NCBI RefSeq assembly: GCF_000737315.1
Contig: NZ_JMCB01000005.1
Location: 434,001-498,000 of the forward strand
Length of the DNA stretch: 64,000 nt
Source of the DNA: Hyalangium minutum
GTDB lineage: Bacteria; Myxococcota; Myxococcia; Myxococcales; Myxococcaceae
Direction: 5' to 3'
Positions 57,667 to 64,000 of this stretch are shown here, in pieces (the first letter of the stretch is position 1; every line of letters starts with the position of its first letter). The translations under genes were made by a program, and so were the position numbers. Under the pieces are notes generated by a model that was not told where the DNA came from, did no database searches, and saw only the letters and a list, made by a program, of their open reading frames with translations.

Positions 57667-59640
57667 TCACCTCCACCGCTCAACGGCTTGCGTCTCGGAC
57701 ACCTTGGAGGCCACCGGGGCGCCTGGCTTCGAGCCCTCGCGCTTTTCCGAGCCCAAATCGTTCGCGTTCTCCAGTTCGAGGCAGATCGGCACGGTACGCC
57801 CGCCTGGAAGGTGGGCGCGGACATAGCGCCCATAGATGCGATCACCCGTCGTCCACAGGTGCCCATCGATCCGCATCCCCGCAGGCGCCTTGCCTTGCGG
57901 CCTGATCAGCGCACCCGTCACGGGCCCATCCTTCCAGACGGTCAAGGGTTCCTCGCGCGCCTCTTCAGCGCTCCCCTTGGTCACGTCCAGCAGGATGAAG
58001 GGCCCATAGGTGCCCACGGGCCACCCTAGCTCTTGCCGCATCGCCTTGATGGCTTCCTCGGGGCATGGCTCGGGATCCGGGCGTGTCTGCACGCCAGTGC
58101 AGCCCGCTTCAAGCCATGCGACGGAGGCCACAAGCGCCGCGCACTTCTTGATGAGGGCGCGCCGCGCGCTGACTCTCTGGGCTTGCTGTGGGTCGGGTAC
58201 GCCGTTGGTGAGCGTTGGAGAGTTGTCGGGCAGCTTCACGGACAGGCTCGCCTCCTTCTGGGTAGGGCGAGGCGAGGCTAACCGTTCGGGGCGGCTTGTC
58301 GGCTTTTCGGCCAGGGTGCTGGAGGCTGGCGGTTGCTCCGCTGGTGCGCTCCTGGCCATGGGGGGCGGCTCGGGGGGGACTGGCCTGTGCAGCAGGGAGG
58401 CGGCCATGACTGCCGCAAAGACGGAGAGCGCTAGCGGCCCGACGAACACCGGACGCAGCCACGCACGGCGCGGGCTGTGCAGTGCAGCAACCCCCGCAGC
58501 AGAAGGCGCGGGCGCTGCATCCGCTGGCACTGACACCTGCACGGGAGCAGGCACGGGCGCTGCTGGCGCTACCAGCACCGGAGAAGCCACGGGCGCCGCA
58601 TCCGCTGGCGCTACCTGCACCGGGAGCGGATGGGAAAGGATCGGCTCCTGCGGGCCGTCGGGTTCTCGCGCTTCGACTGGCACCGGTTCCCCTTCGGCGC
58701 GTTCTGGCGGTAGCTGCGCGGATGCCGGGTGAGTCGAGAACTTGCGCCAGTCATCCCCCTCGAAGCGCTCCAAGTCCACCAGCGGGCGCCGCGCATCCTT
58801 GGCCGTCGCGGGCCGCACCTCCAAGTCGCGGCTGATCAGCTTCATCGCGTAGGCGCTCAACTCCACCGGAACGCGCCCATTGGCACGGTGCGGGGTGGGC
58901 GGAGTCATCAGCATGTTCCCGAGGAGGGGCCGTGTCTCGCCGCGCGTCGGCGACGGGTTCGTCAGCACGTCATAGAGGTTGGCCCCGAGCGCGAAAATAT
59001 CGTCCGTCGCCTTGAACGTGTAACGGGCCCCGGGCTTGAGGCGGTGTTCATCCCAGAAAGCTTGAGCCTCGGGGCTGCGGTTGCGCGGCGTTCCAGGGGG
59101 AAGCGGCCCATCCGTCAAATCCTCGGCGGTCGCGTGGTCCGCCGCTCCAAAGTCGATGATCACCGGCTCGCCGTCTTTGGTGACCATGATGTTTCTCAAG
59201 CTCAAGTCCCGATGGAACACGTTCTTACCGTGCATGTGCTCCAGGGCTTCAAACAGCTTGAGGAACAGGACGACGACTTCATGCGGCGTCGGGTTGGTCC
59301 GCTCCACCCAGCGGGCGAGCGTGTAGCCGTCCACGAAGTCTAGAACGATGTAGTGGAAGCCTGAGAGCGTGTCCGGCCACCGGCCTTGCCCCCGCATGCG
59401 GATGATGTGGCGGTGGTTGAGGAGTTGGAGACAGGCTGCCTCGCGCCGCGCGCGCGCGTCTGTCTGCTTCGGATCAAGGCTGCGCTCTGTCTGACAGGCC
59501 AGTTTGAGCGCGAAGCGCTGGCCGTCCTTCTCCACCTCGTAGACGACGGCATAACCGCCCCTGCCGATGCGTCGGACAATGCGCCAGTGGCTCACCATCT
59601 GGCCGGGCTTCAAGTCCAAGGGATCAAAATCCGCGAACAT
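57667..59640 (-). CDS. Ser/Thr protein kinase with TM helix and Cys-containing C-terminal domain
   Basis: GRGGYAVV, ALK, HRDLSLRN, DFG; PA-rich linker; AGCTGVQ. Confidence 0.85.
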   Translation of the reverse strand: MFADFDPLDLKPGQMVSHWRIVRRIGRGGYAVVYEVEKDGQRFALKLACQTERSLDPKQTDARARREAACLQLLNHRHIIRMRGQGRWPDTLSGFHYIVLDFVDGYTLARWVERTNPTPHEVVVLFLKLFEALEHMHGKNVFHRDLSLRNIMVTKDGEPVIIDFGAADHATAEDLTDGPLPPGTPRNRSPEAQAFWDEHRLKPGARYTFKATDDIFALGANLYDVLTNPSPTRGETRPLLGNMLMTPPTPHRANGRVPVELSAYAMKLISRDLEVRPATAKDARRPLVDLERFEGDDWRKFSTHPASAQLPPERAEGEPVPVEAREPDGPQEPILSHPLPVQVAPADAAPVASPVLVAPAAPVPAPVQVSVPADAAPAPSAAGVAALHSPRRAWLRPVFVGPLALSVFAAVMAASLLHRPVPPEPPPMARSAPAEQPPASSTLAEKPTSRPERLASPRPTQKEASLSVKLPDNSPTLTNGVPDPQQAQRVSARRALIKKCAALVASVAWLEAGCTGVQTRPDPEPCPEEAIKAMRQELGWPVGTYGPFILLDVTKGSAEEAREEPLTVWKDGPVTGALIRPQGKAPAGMRIDGHLWTTGDRIYGRYVRAHLPGGRTVPICLELENANDLGSEKREGSKPGAPVASKVSETQAVERWR

Positions 59641-59662
59641 GCTGGACACCTCGCGCCAGTGG

Positions 59663-60568
59663 CTACAGCTTCACTTTGGGAACGGACAGACAGCGGCTCC
59701 CGTCACCGTCGCACACCCGCACGGTGTGCAGCGCCCGCAGCCATTCTTCGGGCTTCTCACGCGCGGGCATCTCCACCTCCACGGCCACACTCACCACACC
59801 GCCCGGGGGTATGGTTGCCTGCCCTGAGAGCAGCGCGCGAGCGCGGCGCGGCTCCCCTCCTGTGGGCGTCACTTCGGCCCACGCAGGCGCCCATGGCTCC
59901 CTCCCGGTGTTGCTCACCTCGAGGACCACCACGCTCCACGTTGCCCCCCCGAGGCCCCAGCACATTACGGGGCGAAACTCACCCCCGCGCGCCTCGTAAC
60001 ACGCTTGCTCAAACCCGGCTCCCCTCAGGCCCTGCTTACCCACGAACCCCGCGAGCGCCACGGCTGCCGGACTCAGTGCTGCGGGCCGTGCCTTCAACGC
60101 CTCCAGTTCCTTGGCTTGTGCCTCGCATCGCTCGCGCGTGGCGGACAGTTCCACGCGGCACGTATCCAAGGTTTGCTGCGGGCGGCTCACGTTCACCAAG
60201 CCATCCGCCTTGCCCGGCAGCCCTGTGAGCAGGAACACGACGCTTGCGGGCGAGCCCTCGCGGTAAGTGACCCGCAGCGCGAGCCGTTCGCCCGTTCCGA
60301 GCGCCACGGCGGGCGAGAGCGTCACGCCTGCATCACCCACCTCGAACACAGGGAACCGGTCGCGCCCCTCTACCTGGACAGACTCACGCACAATCGGAGC
60401 GCCCAGCAGAATCGCCGTGACAGTGCCAGGCGCGACGTAGATCAGAGGGGACTCGCCAGCCTTGCCCGCGAGAACGACGGAACGCCCTGCGGGCGCAGGC
60501 TGTGCCGTCGCTGTGAGGCCCACCAGCAGGGAAGCGAGCGCAAAACTTGGGGCGAACGGTCGGAACAA
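59663..60568 (-). CDS. DUF2381-family exported protein
   Basis: GGGAGG RBS then TTG; signal peptide; IYVAPGTVTAILL, LRVTYREG, coiled coil, PWAP. Confidence 0.8.
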   Translation of the reverse strand: MFRPFAPSFALASLLVGLTATAQPAPAGRSVVLAGKAGESPLIYVAPGTVTAILLGAPIVRESVQVEGRDRFPVFEVGDAGVTLSPAVALGTGERLALRVTYREGSPASVVFLLTGLPGKADGLVNVSRPQQTLDTCRVELSATRERCEAQAKELEALKARPAALSPAAVALAGFVGKQGLRGAGFEQACYEARGGEFRPVMCWGLGGATWSVVVLEVSNTGREPWAPAWAEVTPTGGEPRRARALLSGQATIPPGGVVSVAVEVEMPAREKPEEWLRALHTVRVCDGDGSRCLSVPKVKL

Positions 60569-60856
60569 GACGGGGGAACCTCCCAGGTAGGCCCCCAGAG
60601 TAGCAGACAGGGGAGCCCACCCGCGTCGAAGTCAGGCGCTGTCCATGCGCCAGACGTCGGCGTCCTTTCCGCGTGCCGTTCACGGCTCCACCGCGCACGC
60701 CACGACTCATGCGCGAGCGCTCCACGCGCTCAGCAGGTGAGCCTGGACGCGGGAGACTCCACCGGGCGCAACTTCACCTGTCCGACGCGAGGGTCCCATT
60801 GGCGCACAGGCCTGCCGCGATACGCGCATGATGGCGCCGGGCGTGGGGCCGTTGGT

Positions 60857-60922
60857 GGGCTCCAGTGGCGCCGGGCGTGGGCTCCGGTGGCGCCGGGCGT
60901 GGGCTCCGGTGGTGCCGGGCGT
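60857..60922 (+). repeat. 22-bp tandem repeat x3
   Basis: gggctccRgtggYgccgggcgt at 60857, 60879, 60901. Confidence 0.85.
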
Positions 60923-60949
60923 GGCACCGGCCGTGGCGCCGAACTCCAT

Positions 60950-60982
60950 CCCGTAGAAGTCCCGTAGAAGTCCCGTAGAAGC
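60950..60982 (+). repeat. 11-bp tandem repeat x3
   Basis: cccgtagaagt at 60950, 60961, 60972 (last copy ends in c). Confidence 0.85.
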
Positions 60983-61399
60983 CCCGTCACCGCTCTGCGT
61001 CCGCCACGGTTCAGCCGCCCCATGCCCTGCACCGCGCACGCTCCATCCACCCGCCCGCATGGGCCCTTGGTTGCCCGGCCGCACGCTTGCCAATCGCCGC
61101 TCGCGCTTCGCCCCGCGTCTGGACACAAGGCGCAGCGCTGTGTCACTCCTGCTTTGGGTAGTTCTGGGCAGGTTGGCGAGTTTGTGAAGGGCGGGCAGGG
61201 CGATGGGTGGGATCAACTCCCTGGAGGGGCAACCCTCCATGTGCGGCGCAGTCGTGCGCCGTTGGCTAGCCGGTGACACCACCAGCAGAAACGCCGAGAA
61301 CACTGGCAGAAGCTCCGGTGACACCGCGAGGAACGCCAGCAGCAACGCCAGGACGCGTCGCTGGGCACTCCAGACGACGCCGCAGGAGGGGGAACGGCC

Positions 61400-61624
61400 A
61401 TGAGCGCGCCCCCGCTGGCTGCGAACACCGCGCCCGCGTTTCTCACCGTGGAGGAAGCCGCCGAACTTCTGCGGGTGAACCGGAAAACCCTCTACGAGGC
61501 GATCCGGCTCGAACAGGTGCCCGGAGTTGCACGGCTCGGGCGAATCCTCCGCATCCACCGGGACACGCTGCTAACGTGGAGCCCCGGTAACAGCAGACCT
61601 GCGCTCGGAGACACGAAGTCATGA
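61400..61624 (+). CDS. xis: Excisionase-like HTH DNA-binding protein
   Basis: FLTVEEAAELLRVNRKTLYEAI..VPG..RLGRILRI; ATGA overlap with integrase. Confidence 0.85.
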   Translation: MSAPPLAANTAPAFLTVEEAAELLRVNRKTLYEAIRLEQVPGVARLGRILRIHRDTLLTWSPGNSRPALGDTKS

Positions 61625-62807
61625 GCGTCAGACTGCGGCAGTGGAAGACCCAGGAGGGCAAGGTGCAAGAGGCGTGGTGGGTGGACGTCAAGTACCAGCA
61701 CCCCAGCGGCAGGGTGGAGCGCATCCGCAAGGCCTCGCCCATCAAAACCCGCCGGGGGGCTGAAGAGTACGAGCGTCAGATCCGACATGCACTTCTCACC
61801 GGAACCTTCGGAAAGGAGAACAGCGCGGGTCGCATCCCCACCCTCGGGGAGTTCGTTCCGCGCTTCCTGACGTACAGCGAGAACAACAACAAGCACTCCA
61901 GCGTCGTCACCAAGCGGCAGATCCTGGATGATCACCTGATCCCCATGTTCGGCAACACGCCCCTTGATGCCATCGGTCCAGCAGAGATCGAAGACTTCAA
62001 GGCGGCCATGCGTAAGAAGCCCTCGGGCGCGAGAGCACGGAAGGAAGCCCCCACGCGGGCGGCCCTCCTCAAGCGCAGGGGCTCTGGTGGGGTGAAGTTG
62101 CTGTCTCTCAAGTCGATCAACAACGTTCTGACGGTCCTGCACAAGTTGCTGGCACTGGCTCAAGAACAGGGCGTGCTCCAACACGTCCCGCGCGTCAAGC
62201 TGTTCAAGACGGACAAGCCCGCCTTTGACTTCCTCTCCTTCGAGGAAGCCGAGCGCATGATCAATGCCGCTGAGCCGGAGTGGCGGACGTTGATCCTCGT
62301 GGCGCTCAAGACGGGCTGCGGCTTGGAGAGTTGATCGGGCTCCAGTGGGCAGACCTGGACTTGCAGCGCGGCAAACTCAACGTACGCCGAACGATCTGGC
62401 GCGGCGTGGTGGGACTGCCCAAGGGTGGACGGGAAAGGACCGTGGACCTGCCCACATCGGCGGTGGAAGCACTCAAGGCACACCGCCACCTGTGCGGCTC
62501 TTACGTGTTCTGCCAGCCGGACGCTCGCCCGCTCACCGCTGGGATGACCAAGCACCCGCTCCTGCGGGCGCTGCGTAGGGCGGGAGTCAGCCGCCCAGAG
62601 GGCTGCATCGGCTGGCACGACCTACGGCACACCTACGGCAGCCACCTTGCGATGCGGGGCGTTGCCCTCAAGGTCATTCAGGAGTTGATGGGGCACGCGA
62701 CCATCGAGATGACCATGAGGTACGCGCACCTGTCACCCGAGGCGCGGGAGAGCGCGGTCCAGGAACTAGATCGGCCCATCCCCCAACCGCGCGCCGCTCT
62801 GGGCTAG
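61621..62807 (+). pseudogene. int: Tyrosine integrase, frameshifted near 62316
   Basis: KTG|LRLGELIGLQW split across frames (ggc ctg read as ggctg); K, HDLRH, MGH and RY catalytic motifs in the second frame. Confidence 0.88.
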
Positions 62808-62815
62808 AGACGCCA

Positions 62816-62838
62816 GAGGGGCACACTGAGGGCACATG
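62816..62838 (+). repeat. Putative integrase arm-binding tandem GGGCACA site (right)
   Basis: gaggggcacactgagggcacatg. Confidence 0.65.
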
Positions 62839-62852
62839 ATGAAAACGAGGAC

Positions 62853-62891
62853 AAAGAAAAACCCAGCAACCCGTTAAGATTGCTGGGCTTC
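62853..62891 (-). terminator. Rho-independent terminator downstream of the tmRNA-like core
   Basis: Stem cccagcaa/ttgctggg followed by TTTTTCTTT on the minus strand. Confidence 0.65.
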
Positions 62892-62897
62892 TCGGGA

Positions 62898-62922
62898 TGG
62901 AGGCGGCGGGAATCGAACCCGC
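62898..62922 (-). repeat. att core repeat (tmRNA 3'-end-like), right copy
   Basis: Identical 25-mer to 47956-47980. Confidence 0.85.
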
Positions 62923-62961
62923 TGCCGCGCATATACTCGGCGCTCTTCCAGGGAGTCATCC

Positions 62962-64000
62962 ATGCGCCGAGTCCTTGCCTTTTCGCTGCTCTTCCTGCCC
63001 CTGGCAGCCACTTCGATTGCTGGCTGTGGCGGAAGCAGCACCTTGCCCGAGACGCCCCCGGTCTCCGGCGATCCCATCGACACGCCGAAGAACACCTGGA
63101 CCTGGATCGACTTTCCCGACTCGGCCTGCGACGACGGCTCGCCCACGGGCATCGCCGTGAGCCAGAGCGACAGCAAGAACCTCCTCGTGTTCATGAACGG
63201 CGGCGGTGCCTGCTGGAACTTCCTCACCTGCTTCCAGCTCAACACCGCCTCGCACGGCCCCTTCGGCAAGACGCAGTTCGAGGCGCTCTCCGCTCAATTG
63301 GGCGGCACCATTCTCGATCGCAACCTGCCGAACAACCCGTTCGCAGATTGGAACCTCGTCTTCGTCCCCTACTGCACGGGCGATGTCCACGCCGGCGACA
63401 ACGTCATCGACTACAAGGACAGCAACGGTGCCTCTCGCACCTACCACCACGTCGGCCGCGCCAACATCGCTGCCTACCTTCAGCGGCTCGGTGCCACCTT
63501 CTCCCCGGAGAAACTCGTCGTGAGCGGCAGCAGTGCTGGTGGGTTCGGCGCCGCCTTCGGCTATGAACTCTTCCGCTCCACCTTCCCGAATGCTCAGGGC
63601 TATCTCGTCGATGATGCGGGTCCGGTGCTCAAGGGAGACGCGATCGCGAGCAGCCTCCGGGAGGCTTGGTACCAGTCGTGGCGGCTCGACAAGGCGCTGG
63701 AGGCCACCTGCCCCGAGTGCCGCAGCGACTTGTCGCAGGCGCTGAAGCACACCGCGCAGCGCTTCCCCCAGGACCGCATGGCACTGCTCTCCTCGACGCA
63801 GGACTCGGTCATTCGCAGCTACTTCATGCTCAGCGCCGACAGCTTCCAAGCCGCGCTGAACACCACGCTGACGGATGTCTTCGAGCCCCAGCCCCACTTC
63901 CGCGCCTACATCTCGCCGGGCCAGTTCCACACCTTCCTTGGGACACCGGATGCGCACCCGGCACAGGGCGTGAAGCTCACCGACTGGCTCGGCCAGATGG
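62962..64000 (+). CDS. Pectinacetylesterase/Notum-family lipoprotein (3' partial)
   Basis: Manual translation: MRRVLAF..IAGC lipobox; ACDDGSPTG, FMNGGGACW, FVPYCTGDVH, GSSAGGFG. Confidence 0.8.
   Translation, partial: MRRVLAFSLLFLPLAATSIAGCGGSSTLPETPPVSGDPIDTPKNTWTWIDFPDSACDDGSPTGIAVSQSDSKNLLVFMNGGGACWNFLTCFQLNTASHGPFGKTQFEALSAQLGGTILDRNLPNNPFADWNLVFVPYCTGDVHAGDNVIDYKDSNGASRTYHHVGRANIAAYLQRLGATFSPEKLVVSGSSAGGFGAAFGYELFRSTFPNAQGYLVDDAGPVLKGDAIASSLREAWYQSWRLDKALEATCPECRSDLSQALKHTAQRFPQDRMALLSSTQDSVIRSYFMLSADSFQAALNTTLTDVFEPQPHFRAYISPGQFHTFLGTPDAHPAQGVKLTDWLGQM

Larger units (their letters stand above)
47956..62922. mobile_element. Integrative element/defence island bounded by tmRNA-3'-end-like att repeats
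   Basis: 25-bp direct repeats at both ends; integrase and excisionase at right end; arm-type repeats inside both ends; visibly more A/T-rich cargo. Confidence 0.85.

Noticed and set aside
60857-60982. CRISPR array
   Set aside because: The repeats are directly tandem with no spacers, and there are no cas genes.
61203-61403. Small ORF overlapping the xis start
   Set aside because: The ATGA coupling is suggestive, but the sequence is low-complexity and internally repeated with no family match; not supportable.
47956-62922. Full tRNA or tmRNA gene at either att copy
   Set aside because: Only the T-arm and acceptor 3' strand are present; no matching 5' half could be found upstream on the minus strand.

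Overview
High-GC myxobacterial-type DNA (inferred from DUF2381, DUF1501 and Ser/Thr kinase families). From left to right: a polyol (mannitol/sorbitol-type) ABC operon; a YcaO-TfuA pair with no visible precursor; secreted, lipoprotein and membrane genes; and a CxxCH/CxxCH/DUF1501 trio. The key finding is a compact minus-strand RiPP-like operon (29794-36921): GT1 glycosyltransferase, a 64-aa peptide with 7 Cys, a DUF692/MNIO enzyme fused to a partner/RRE-like module, a GT4 glycosyltransferase fused to a homologous module, and an AsnB-type amidotransferase. Three CATGTCA repeats with an exact 21-bp period lie upstream. Next come an ECF sigma cluster, a PI-PLC, a decayed sensor kinase and an orphan protein. 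A ~15-kb integrative element (47956-62922) is bounded by 25-bp repeats matching a tmRNA 3' end. It carries a frameshifted integrase, a kinase/pseudokinase/DUF2381 module and defence cargo (ABC-three-component/Lamassu-like system, AbiJ-like gene, tandem restriction-nuclease-like pair, IS91 remnants). All family assignments come from motif recognition by eye; no searches were run.
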